Of a stretch of DNA of 64,000 nt, positions 1 to 10,828 are shown one piece after another. The stretch covers positions 7,814,001 to 7,878,000 of the forward strand of contig NW_024704742.1 of assembly GCF_018977255.1 (NCBI RefSeq), read 5' to 3'. The position numbers were made by a program, and so were the translations under genes. Position 1 is the stretch's first letter; every line of letters begins with the position of its first letter. The notes beneath the pieces were generated by a model, which made no database searches, had not been told where the DNA came from, and saw only the letters and a program-made list of their open reading frames with translations. The DNA comes from Callorhinchus milii (Eukaryota).

Positions 1-66
1 CTTTGAAACGTCTCGAAGAGTGATAAGGCGCTATATAAAATGCAAGGATTATTATTATTATATTAT
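1..66 (+). mobile_element. 3' tail of tRNA-Ala-type SINE (cut by window edge)
   Basis: tttgaaacgtctcgaagagtgataaggcgctatat..aatgcaagg(att)n, same architecture as the ends of full copies such as 861-1232. Confidence 0.85.
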
Positions 67-860
67 CATTATTTCCCCTCCTCATGTCAAAATGGAAGGT
101 ACTTCTTGCCACATTGCATCAATATGCTTCTGTTCACCAGTAAATCTCAGGTCAGCCAACACGTAACAGAAGCAGTTTTACTTCTCAACGTTATGTGCTG
201 TGGATTTATATTCTACGATTGCTCTGGTATCATCAATATCCATCAAGTGGTGGAGGACAGGCTGGCCTGGCGTATTTGATAGATGTTATTCATCAATGCA
301 CTCGTCACGCACAAACATCAAAGCCTAGTTCCGTACCGTGCAAACTTGAGGGACTTTTGTCCGAGTGAAATAATTCCATTCTTGGCTGAGTGTCAGACGG
401 GATAGCGCAGAAACTAACTGCTCTCCAGGGGAATCAACGGCACTTGCCTTTTTCAACTACTATGTTTGCTTGAATCATATCTTCCACACCCAGTTCTCGG
501 AACAGAATTCATAATTGATCGTGGACGAGCTGTTCCGTGCTTTCAGCCGCAGGAGGTTGTTGAATGGGACTTTAAAAAAAAACACACAGGTCGTTAAAAA
601 CATGATAACAATATAAAATAGCAAAAAATGTGTAACTAACAACGGCAGGTTTTATGAAACCTTCACTGTTCCCTTTTGTTTCCTCGTCACTGTGCAGTTT
701 GAGATTCCTGTTGTAATAATTTTATTTTCAACAACATTGATGCTAATTTTCATTATTTGGTGTGAATCCAAATAATGCATTTGAATCCAGTGCCTCTGTT
801 ACATAAGTAATTTTATTTATTGTAAAGCAAGATTGTGTTTGCGCATCTAATATTCGTGTG

Positions 861-1232
861 GAGTCCTGTAGCTCAGCGGTTAGAGCACTCGCCTCGCAAG
901 CGAGAGTGACCTGGGTTCGATTCCCAGCAGAGCGAAACCTTGGGCAAGTTTCCTTACTCCACACGCCTCTGTTTACCTAGCAATAAGTTGGAACCCAGTT
1001 GTTAGTCGATTGGCGGATCACTTTTCCAGGGGTAATAATTACATTTTTAAAAAAAAGTTGGTCATTTCAATCGATGACTGTTCGTGGGACACTGCTGTGC
1101 GCAATTGGCTGTCGCATTTCGACCACAAAATATACCATTAATTCACTTTACAGTATATTCCGTGAAGTGCTTTGCAACATCTTGAAAACATGGTAAGGCT
1201 CTATATCAAACGCAAGGATTATTATTATTATT
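861..1232 (+). mobile_element. Full-length tRNA-derived SINE, long subfamily
   Basis: A box TAGCTCAGCGG, stem CTCGC/GCGAG around loop CTCGCAA (anticodon CGC, Ala), B box GGTTCGATTCC, body repeated many times in the window, L2-like stem-loop and (ATT)n tail. Confidence 0.92.
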
Positions 1233-1420
1233 CAGCAGCTTGATATTCAACCAGTCTATAAACTCCATCTCCTGTCTTCACATTGAGGTAAAACCAGAAA
1301 GGAATGCAAGTGACGATGCCTTAAAATATGGCATTTCCATGAGACCAGTCACCAAGATGAGATATTGTGATATTTTGTTCATAAGGAACAATACATTTGA
1401 CAGAACCGTGTCTCCAATCG

Positions 1421-2045
1421 TAATAAATAATCCTTAAAACCAATGTATCACATTGCTGAGACATCTCAAATCGCTTCACAGGATTTTACTGTGAAGTGTC
1501 GTATTTATGTATTTGTAGGTAAACAAGGCAGCCTATTTGTGAACAGAAATGCCATGAAATGAATAATTTTATCTGGGGTATTGTTGGCCAGGACACCAGG
1601 AGAAATTTACTTCTCTTTTTGAATAGTGTCTGGGATCTTTAACATCCACCTGAAGGAGCAGACGGGACCACCGTTTAGTGTCTCATCTTTAGGATGGCTC
1701 TTCTGGCAATACCTCACACCCACCACAGCATTTGAGCGTACACATAAATAATATGAGCTACAAGTCCTGACGTGGGGCTTGAACCAACAACCTTCTGACT
1801 CAACAACAATACCAATAACAACTTGCACTTATATATCGCCCTCCACTCAGAGCGCTTAACAGTGGCGGAGCCTGACTCCGAGCCGGGGGCAGGGGGTAGG
1901 TGGACGTAATCACAGTCAAAGAGGAAAGTTTTTAAGCGGGACTTGAAAAAGGGCAGAGAGGGGGCATGGCGGAGGGATTGAGAGAGCGTTCCAGAGTTTT
2001 GGGGCTCAGAGGTAAAGAGTGCTATCAACCGAGCCAGGCTGATAC
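1421..2045 (-). mobile_element. Deu-domain SINE interrupted in its tRNA head by an L2 3' end
   Basis: Minus strand has head gtatcagcctggctcggttgatagcactct..., Deu-like core taaagatcccagacactattcaaaaagag...ctggtgtcctggccaac, and the shared tail. Confidence 0.8.
1803..2004 (-). mobile_element. L2 LINE 3' fragment
   Basis: Translates to LRHAPSLPFFKSRLKTFLF (L2 ORF2 C-terminus), then 3' UTR and (GTT)n. Confidence 0.85.
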
Positions 2046-2300
2046 TTACTGAAACACTATGGGTGATACGGCATATCAGCTAATAAACGCAGCAGTTATT
2101 AGATCCAATCTGGTTAGTTGTTTCTCTTCTAGTTACCTCTGTCATGGAAAGGTTCTATGATGAATATTAGCTACTACTTGAGAGATCAATAATTGCAGCA
2201 CTAGGTTTCAGTGTGCAGTAAATAGCACAAATTCTTATATTATCTTCTAGATTATTTGCTTCTAATTCGATTTTCGTATTCATTTCCCATTGACTTAATT

Positions 2301-2308
2301 TTCTTCCT

Positions 2309-2344
<36 letters not shown>

Positions 2345-2373
2345 TGCTTTCTTTGCTTTCTTCTTTCTTTCTT
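2301..2373. repeat. (TTTC)n microsatellite
   Basis: Direct reading. Confidence 0.95.
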
Positions 2374-3327
2374 TCCGCATGTTGTCAAGTTGCAGTTGGC
2401 CTTTTTCCTGACTGTATTTTACCTCCCTCTGAGATCACAAGGTATTTTTAAACACTGTTTTAGTAGCTTGTGGGCTCGCTTGAATCTTCAGCACTGACTG
2501 GCTAACTGGCAGGAACACACACACCATCAATCTCAAAATCTATTTCTCTGCTTTTGCCCAGTTTTGTTGTCTCTCTAATGATGCGATCACTCTTTTTAAT
2601 TTTACCAGAACGCTCCAATGTCAAGACTTACATATTGATTCTCTCTGCAGTCGTTGTTCCTCTCTTTCTGTGTGTTTCTTCCCTGTTGCCCTTTACTCTT
2701 TACGTCTTTCTAATCCTCTCTTTACAGGAAAGGCAGCAAAGTATCTTTCCTCTACTTCTCCAATCGCCACATCCTGCTGCTTATTTCCCTTCTTCTGTAA
2801 ATGATACCTCTCCACTGTCTCTTCCTCTTTGATCACTTGCCTTAATGTGTATGTTATTTTACGTGAAATTCAGTTCCAGTGGATACAATTTTTTTCTATC
2901 TCTTATCGTCTATCTCTCTCACTCCATGTTATGTGGGTCTCACCCCTGACCCTTGATACATTTACCCTTCAGTTTCTCTGTTTCCTAATTTACTTCCACC
3001 AGCTTCTATGCTGGCTTTCTGTATCCACTCCCTTGTTCTCTCGCTGACTATGACTTGTGCACTTCCAGGTGAACCAGGTTGGTTCTGGAGGGATACGTAT
3101 TGCTGAGTAGGGCTGTAAAGGGAACAAAATGATCTGCCGTGTGCACATGTGTTGCAGAAAATCCAACAAGGCATAAGAATTGGGGAATGAACTTGGATGA
3201 TTTTACACGTAATATTTGAAAAATTTATTTCGGGGAGTGGGCCTGTCTCACGTGAACGTATTGCTTCTTACCGCACTACGGTTGTGCCTCCCCAATTCAG
3301 TTAGGTCCTAACTGTTAGGTTATTCCA

Positions 3328-3562
3328 GGCAGATCGCTTTTCCGGGCGTAATAATTCCTTCAAAAAACAAACAATAATAATAATTTGGTCACTTAATCCA
3401 CTCCTGTTTTTCGGTCACTGCTGGTCGTACTTGGCTGCCACATTTCGCCCACAAAACATACAGTCGATTCACTTTACAGTATATTCTGTGAAGCGATTTG
3501 AGACGTCTCGAAGACTTGATAAGGCGCTATGTCAAGTGCAAGGATTAGCATTATTATTATTA
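3328..3562 (+). mobile_element. 5'-truncated tRNA-Ala-type SINE
   Basis: Body and tail match 861-1232. Confidence 0.85.
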
Positions 3563-3689
3563 TGAGACAGCAGCCAAATACAAGGGATCGACCTTAATAT
3601 CAGATCTCAAGATCATTCATCACCAGCAAACACAACATCACATACGATTAGCGCTTAGATTAAAGCTGAGTGAGAGATAGTTAAAATAC

Positions 3690-3772
3690 TCTTCCTTTAC
3701 GTCCCATTAAATCACAAGGTATTAATAATGTAACAAAGTAGGTTACATTCCTGGATGCAAGTAAGAATTGAC
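3690..3772 (-). repeat. Unclassified interspersed repeat, inverted relative to 4901-4982
   Basis: taaatcacaaggtattaataatgtaacaaagtag vs reverse complement of the partner taaatcacaaggcattaataatgtaataaagtag. Confidence 0.75.
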
Positions 3773-4241
3773 TGGATCTGAACTGAAACCCAGTAAAACA
3801 CTTAAGAACATTTAAGAAACTTGCGAGTGATTGGAAGGGCCCCGGCAGAACTTCTGCACTACAATTCACACAGAAATAAAATGTAATCATTTTTGTTAGA
3901 ATTGAGAATTCAAAAGGTCAAGGCACAGTGACACCCTAAAGACTGAAAAGAATAAATTAATATTTACTAAACTGAAATTAACAAAATAAACACATCAAAC
4001 AACACTTTAAATTAAGCGAAACCAGTTATTAATCTTGTTTCTGTTTTCTCTCTTTCCCTATTCTTTCTCTGACGTTAACTTGTTTTTATATTTACTTCCT
4101 ATATTTCTACCTAATATAGTATTTTTGGATCCGTCTCTGTCTTTTAAAAAAAATCCCTGCCAGTTACTCTTCTCCCTCAACCTCTTACAGATATTGTAGA
4201 TCCTTGAAATCTTACGAATTATTTTTCTTTATCTGTCTTTG

Positions 4242-4285
4242 TCTCTCTTTCTCTCTCTCACTCTCTCTCTCTCTCTCTCTCTCTT
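4242..4285. repeat. (CT)n microsatellite
   Basis: Direct reading. Confidence 0.95.
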
Positions 4286-4569
4286 TCGACCATCTAGCTT
4301 GTAAGAGGAAGCTAGATGGAGAAGAGGGGAATGGGAAGAAGACTCCTGTGGAGTATAAACACCAGCACGGACAAGTTGGGCCGAATGGCTTGTTTCCATG
4401 CTGTACAATCCATGTAAATCTCTCTCTCTCTGGAGGGAAGGAGCAATGTTTTCTTTAACAGTGACTTTCACTGGCTCAGAACGGGATCCCAAAGCTGTTG
4501 TTTGCACCACCGAAAAGATTGACAGGGCCACAACATGGCTGTGACCAGGTCAAACTCTGTCGCGATTCT

Positions 4570-4672
4570 CAATAAACAAAAGCACAGAAGCCGCAAATCC
4601 ACAGTGAGTTAGTCGGCATCTGTAAGAGACAAATAGGTTAACATTTGGTGCGTGACCCTTTACTAGACCTGG
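4570..4672. mobile_element. Degenerate Penelope-type terminal repeat
   Basis: Aligns by eye with 57290-57390 (aataaa..gcatctgt..gttaac.ttt..tgacc.ttt); hammerhead core decayed. Confidence 0.55.
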
Positions 4673-4900
4673 AACACAGGGCTAGGGAAGCCCCTACGTG
4701 GGTTAGACAAGAACGATCAAAAAATAAACAGCGAAATAGTTAGAAATATCATTATATCAAGAGGCAGCTTGTGTGCCATTTATGGTAGGTTTAGATTGAG
4801 ACATCTGGAAGATTGTGTCCATTGGGCATACTGACTATATAGAAGGGGGGAGGGACGAGGGAGGAATCTTCTAACACCCAGTGCTGTTTGAAGCCTGCTT

Positions 4901-4982
4901 TTCTTTACTTGGGTCCTGGAGCACCAGCTACTTTATTACATTATTAATGCCTTGTGATTTAGCTGGAGGTAAAGGGAATGTA
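4901..4982 (+). repeat. Unclassified interspersed repeat (partner of 3690-3772)
   Basis: See 3690-3772; weaker copies near 2415-2450, 21255-21310 and 48900-48940. Confidence 0.75.
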
Positions 4983-5372
4983 ATAAAGGATATAAAGGCA
5001 CTGCTTCCCCCCTCCACCCAAACTTGTCAATATTTCAAAGAAACACGGAGTAGTTATGGCTTTATTTCCTCCATTTCCACATGTATATAAAGTCATGTAT
5101 ATAAACTTATCTCATTGCTGTTTATTGGGCACCATTACTGCACATTAGCAGCTGTATTTATCTGTTTAAAGATAACATTCTTTCATGCCTACATAAACAC
5201 TTCATTTCTGATCAATTTTATTTATGACATGTTTCAAGCCTTTTTTTATGTGAAAAGAGCGACGCAAGTCCAAGCTATTGTTACCCTATTACTGTAATGT
5301 CTTTCAGCATTGTCAAGGGCTGGTTGATGCTGCTGCTCATATTGCTTTCTTCAATAGAAATACATTTGTGTT

Positions 5373-6110
5373 ACAACAACAACAACAAAATTACAGTTGT
5401 AAAGCGCCTTTCACGTTGGGAGGACGTCCCAAGGCACTGGACAGACAGAGCTACGGACCCGAGCTGAGGGTTGGGGTGGGGGAGGATGGGGGAAGCAGAG
5501 AGATCGAAAGCACGGTCAAAAAGGAGGGTCTTGAGGTAGGTCTTGAAGGTGCCGGGGAAGAGGTCGAGACGGAGGGACTGCGGGATGGAGTTCCAGAGGG
5601 TGGGCGCAGAGTGGCGGAAGGGCCGCCTGCCAATAGTGGGGCGAGCGAGGCAGGGAACTTGAAGCAGGCCAGAGTCTGCTGAGCGGAGGGAGCGAGCAGG
5701 ATGGTAGGGGGTTAGGAGGTTGGAGAGGTAGGGGGGAGCAAGACCATGGAGGGCTTTGAAGGTGAGGACCAGGATCTTGAACTGTATCCTCTGTGTGGTG
5801 GGAAGCCAGTGGAGTTGGGCGAGGATGGGGGAGATAGGGTCGCGGAGCCTGGTGCGGGAGAGGACACGGGCTGCAGAGCTCTGGATGATCTGCAGCCTGT
5901 GGAGGGAGGAATTGGGGAGGCCGACAAGTAGTGAGTTTGCACAGTCGAGCCTCGATGTAATGAAGGCGTGTATGAGGGTTTCAGCGGCCTGCGGTGTGAG
6001 ACAGTGTCGGAGCCGGGCGAAGTTGCGGAGGTGGAGGAAGACAGAGCGGGTCATGGGGTAGAAAGGATAGTTGAGGGTCAAAAAAGACCCCAAGGTTCCG
6101 GACTGGCTTA
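5373..6110 (-). mobile_element. L2 LINE 3' portion with uninterrupted 240-codon frame
   Basis: HLRNFARLR..AETLIHAFITSRLDCANSLL..LHWLP..RIQFKIL..AP.YLS..LWN..FKTYLKT = L2 ORF2 C-terminal region; stem-loop and (GTT)n end. Confidence 0.95.
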
Positions 6111-6349
6111 GCTAGTATTAGTTAGAAATACATTAGACCCTCCTCACAGATTTAAGGTCTAATTCGTTGATGGAGCCTCTCCACCCCCTACTGCATGGAT
6201 CACTTTCTAACCAACCTGTCATCTGCCTCTGCATTGATTGATTGCTTAAATAATACTTTCCAAAATCTTCATTGGTAGTGTGTGCAGCAGAGGGAACCTA
6301 TTTTGATTTCTTATTTTAACAGATGGGGTTATGAGGAAAGATTGGCTTC

Positions 6350-6770
6350 TAGGTTTGGTACAGTTGGCAGTACTCTTGCTTTAGAGTCAGAAGGTTGTGG
6401 CTTCAAGCCCTCCATCAGGACTTTGAAATTGTGGTCTAGAGACTGACATTCCAATGCAGTGCTGGAGAAGAGCTGTATTCTCCTTTGGAAGAGACATTAA
6501 ACTGAAGTTACCTGTTCAGGAGGACGATAAAGATCTCATGGCACTACTCAAAATGAGAAGGGAGTTGCTCTTGGTGTCTCAATGGACAATCCGCCAGATA
6601 AAATTCGTCATTAACTTCACAGCTGTTTGTGGGGCATTGCTTTGCGCATAATTTGCTGCCGTGTTCACCTACAAAATACACAGGTTAGAGTAAATCCTGT
6701 GAAGCACTTTGAAACGTTTGAATGATGCGATGAGGTTCTATGCCAAATGCAATGTACGTTATTATAATAA
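6350..6770 (+). mobile_element. Deu-domain SINE, near full length
   Basis: cagttggcagtactcttgctttagagtcagaaggttgtggcttcaagccc head; taaagatctcatggcactactc core; shared 3' half. Confidence 0.8.
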
Positions 6771-6979
6771 TGAATAGCGAAGATTGAGATGGGATTTGAT
6801 ACTCGGGAGGTTTGTTTAATACTGGAAAATTTGGATTCAGTTATGTTTTTCTGCAATGTACAGAATTCAAGAGAAAGAAGCAATACCCTCAAAATAAGGA
6901 CAACAAACGAGAATAGGAAACAACGGGTGATAAATACATGGAACAATCCAGCAGTGCATGTGGTGGAATAAGAAACTAC

Positions 6980-7324
6980 AAACAACAACAACAACTTACA
7001 CTTATACCGTGCCCTCCACACAGGGTAGCGTCTCAGAGCGCTTAACAGTGGTGGAACCTGATTCCGAGCCTGGAATGGGAGTGGAGGTGAAAGGTGACTG
7101 TAAGCACGGTCGAAAAGGAAGGTTTTCAGACAGGACTTGAAAGAGGGGAGAGAGGGGGAAAGGCGGAGGGATTGAGGGAGAGTGTTCCAGAGTTTGGGGG
7201 CATAGTGGCTGAAAGCGCGACCTCCGATGGTGGGGCGGGGGTGCGAGGGACGAGCAGGAGGCTGGTGCCAGTCGAGCAGAAGCGCTGGGAGGTGGACTGG
7301 GGAATAAGGAGGTCGGAGAGGTTT
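6980..7324 (-). mobile_element. L2 LINE 3' fragment (second family)
   Basis: TIGGRAFSHYAPKLWNTLPQSLR..FKSCLKTFLF; tail gagacgctaccctgtgtggaggg and (GTT)n. Confidence 0.92.
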
Positions 7325-9009
7325 CAAAAAGAAAATGGACAAGTTCCTGTCAAGTGCAAGGATTCTGTTATATGGTTTACATATACATCGAGGAAATTGT
7401 GGGGGAAATTGGATAGGTAGTCAAGATGGTCTACCTCTGCCTGAAATTACTACCATGTTACTAATATTAGCTCAGCTGCCAGAAAAGGCTAATCTCGGAT
7501 CACAATCTGAATGTGCTGAGAGTGTAACACATTCCTGGGGCCAGAAAGTCTTTGAATGACATTCCGAGTCAATGTTCAGATAGAAGCAATATCAGGTTCA
7601 GTCAACTCCTCACTGTGACTGAACCCTGCATTCTCCAGTTCATGGTCTGTCAGTCACAGTCAATCAGCTGGCTCCTGCTATCATGACATTTTGTTGCAGT
7701 AAACAAGCTTTCATTATATAAAAGGATGTTATTGTATTAGGGAAAAAGAGCGTGAAGCATCATTTAATGCAAATAATAATAATAATCCTTGCATTTGATA
7801 TAGCACCTTATCATGTCTTCGAGAAGTCTCAAAGCGCTTCACAGAATATACTGCAAAATTAATTGACTGTATATTTTGTCAGCGAAAGAGGCTTTCAGAG
7901 ATGGCAGTACATATGTATAAACTATCAATCTACAACCGTCAGTCATAACTCCAATCATTTTCGACATCAGATGCATTGTTTCATAAACAACGTAAAAAGA
8001 CACACATATGTTTGATATCAAAAAGATGTTTAATTTTACGAAAAAATACAGCATTACATTAGTCTCAGAGGAAGTGGCATATGCCTGTTAGACCCCTCCA
8101 CACCACCCCTCGGACTCTTCCCCACAGCCCTTGTGCACTAACAGCCTCTGTCTGTAAGCAGATATGTGAAGATCGACTCCCTGACAAGACTCCCCTGGAC
8201 TATGCAGCCTGCTGAACCGCTGCTCAGTATTAGATGGTTCTTCATAACTCCACTAGCTCCACAATTAGCTGCCGCATTTTGCCCACACAATACACAGTAA
8301 ATCCACTTTACATATATTCAGTAAAGCGCTTTGAGACGTCTCAAAGATGTGGTAAGCTGCTATATCAAATGCAAGGATTATTATTATTATTATTACTGCT
8401 ATACCTTCCTTACAATTGCTCAAGTTCCTCACTCGAGCTGTCTCAGTAAAATCTTCACTTCCCACAGTATATATTCATGTGTAGGTGTTTGCTTCAAATG
8501 AATAATATAATATACAAAGAGGAGATGATGGATTCATTTAAGAGGGAGAGCATGTAAGATGTTTGCTCTGCAGATTTCGGAGGTGAGGAAAGCACGAGAA
8601 ATAAGCATTGTACTATTCAAATATGATACAAATACATTTCATAACAAGGCAGCAGCACATTCATTTGCCTAAATGTGTGCATTAATTCCTTCTTTTTAAA
8701 ATATGACAAATTTCTAGTTGCAGGAATAAAATAAAATATAAACCAACCCTTGCACTTGATATGAAGCCTTTCGCGCAGGGAGGATGTCTCAAATCGCTTG
8801 TCAACAATAAGCAACAACTTGCATTTATATAGCGCTCTTCACTTGGGGTAGCGTCTCGGAGCGCTTAAAGTGTAATGACTATATTTTATAGGTGAATGCA
8901 GCGGCAATTTGTATTCAGCAATGTCCCACAAACAGCCATGAAGTGAGTAATCAATTTTATTTGGGGGATTGTTGACCAGGCACCAGGAGAAACATCTTTC
9001 TCTTTTTGA

Positions 9010-9322
9010 ATAATAATAATAATAATCCTTGCATTTGATATAGCACTTTTCACGTCTTCTCGACGTCTCAAAGTGCTTCACAGAATATGCTGTAAAGTGA
9101 ATTGACCGTATATTTGTGGGCGAAATGCGGCAGCCAATTGCGCACAGCAGTGTCCCACAAACAGTCGTGGATTGAAAATTACCAATTTATTATTGTATTT
9201 TGTTTTGGAGGGATTATTATTAGACGTGTGGAGTAAGGAAACTTGCCCAAGGTTTCGCCCTGCCTGGGATTGAACCCAGATGTCTTGCTTGCAAAGTGAG
9301 TGCTCTAACCACTGAACTACAG
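9010..9322 (-). mobile_element. tRNA-Ala-type SINE, internally deleted subfamily with older-type tail loop
   Basis: Head anticodon loop cttgcaa; ccacacgtctaataataatccctcc junction lacking the long-form body; tail gagacgtcgagaagacgtgaaaag. Confidence 0.88.
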
Positions 9323-9362
9323 TGCCATGGGATGTTTAACAGAAAGACAGGACCTTGGTTTA

Positions 9363-10333
9363 CGACAACAACTTGGATTTATATAGTGCCCTCCACGCTG
9401 GACGGCGTCCTAAAGCGCTTCACAATAACGGATCCCGGGCCTGAGCCAGGGGTCGGGGGGTGCAGAGGAGTGGAGGGATTTGAATACAAAGGTGAGGATC
9501 TTGACGTCGATCCTCTCTGGGATAGGAGCCAGTGCAGTCTGGCAAGGACTGGGGTGATCGGGGAGCGGAGTTTGGTGCGGGTGAGAATGTGGGCGGCAGA
9601 GTTTTGAATGATCTGGATTTTATGGATGGTAGTGAAGGGGTGACCGGCCAGGAGGGCGTTAGGATAGTCCAGCCGAGAGGTGACGAAGGCATGGACCAGG
9701 GTTTCAGCGGCTTTCGGAGAGAGGTATTGTTGGAAACAGGCGATGCATCGGAGGTGGAAGAAGGTGGTGCTGGTGAGGGACCGGATGTGGGGGAGAAAGC
9801 ATAATTGGGGGTTGAACCTGACGCCTAGGTTGCGTACGGGTTCGGAGAGTTTTAGTGGGAGGTCGGGTAGGTGGAGGAGGTGAGAACCGTGGGATTTTAG
9901 ACGTTGACGAGAGCCACAGAGTATGGCTTCCGTCTTGTCAATATTCAGCTGAAGGAAATTTGCTCTCATCCAGCCCCTGAGATCTGACAGGCAGCTGACA
10001 GAACATCAGGGGACTGGGGGTCGCAAAGAGAAGTGGAAAAATAGAGTTGGGTGTCGTCCGCGTACATGTGGAAATGTACCCCATGTCTGCGGATGACATC
10101 CCCAAGAGGGAGCATGTAGATCAGAAAGAGGAGGGGGCCAAGGATGGATCCTTGGGGTACCCCCCAGGTAACAGGGTGAGAGCGAGAGGAGAAGCCGTTT
10201 GCGCAGATGTATTGCTAGCGGTTTGTGAGGTAGGACTCGAACCAGGCGAGTGCGTTCCCACTGAGGTGGATCACGGAAGAAAGGCGGTGGAGGAGGATGG
10301 CGTGGTCGAACATTGTGGAGAGGTCCAGGAGGA
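9363..10333 (-). mobile_element. L2 LINE, RT core to 3' end (distal part of 9363-12562 element)
   Basis: Frameshifted [58 protein letters not shown]; (GTT)-like end. Confidence 0.95.
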
Positions 10334-10828
10334 TTTCTTGATTTCTTGATTTCAAGATCCTCATCCTCACCTACAAGGCCATTCACGGCCTTGCTCCCTC
10401 CTACCTCTCCAACCTACTATCCCCCTACCTACCTGCCCGTACCCTCCGTTCCTCTGGCTCTGGTCTGCTCCACGTCCCCCGTCCCAACCGCCCTACCATC
10501 GGTGGTCGGGCCTTCAGCCTCTCAGCCCCAGGCTCTGGAACTCCATCCCCCAGTGCCTTCGCCGCTTCCTCCCTTTCCTCCTTCAAGGCCGGTCTCAAAA
10601 CCTTTCTCTTTGACCGTGCCTTCAGCTCCCCTCTCGACTCTCTTCCCCTCCTCGCTCCCTCCCTTCCTCCCCTCACCCTGACCATTTCCCCCTCCTTGCT
10701 CCCTCCCTTCCCTCACCCTGACCATTCCCCCCCTGCTCGGGTCATGACCCAACTGTGCAGCGCCTTGGGACGTCCTCCTGACGTGAAAGGCGCTTTATAA
10801 ATGGAATCTTGTTGTTGTTGTTGTTGTT
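10334..10828 (+). mobile_element. L2 3' end inserted antisense into the older L2
   Basis: FKILILTYKAIHGLAPSYLS..LWN..FKAGLKTFLF, stem-loop, (GTT)n; GAGGA on both flanks. Confidence 0.93.

Noticed and set aside
225..320. Possible RTE LINE 3' end (HQVVEDRLAWRI)
   Set aside because: Only a single short motif; too weak to list as a feature.
861..935. tRNA-Ala gene (also at other SINE heads)
   Set aside because: Continues into the SINE body and tail in every copy, acceptor stem is imperfect and there is no adjacent oligo-T terminator; it is a SINE head.
7595..7625. 10-bp perfect hairpin GGTTCAGTCA/TGACTGAACC
   Set aside because: Too short for a miRNA precursor and plausible by chance in 64 kb.
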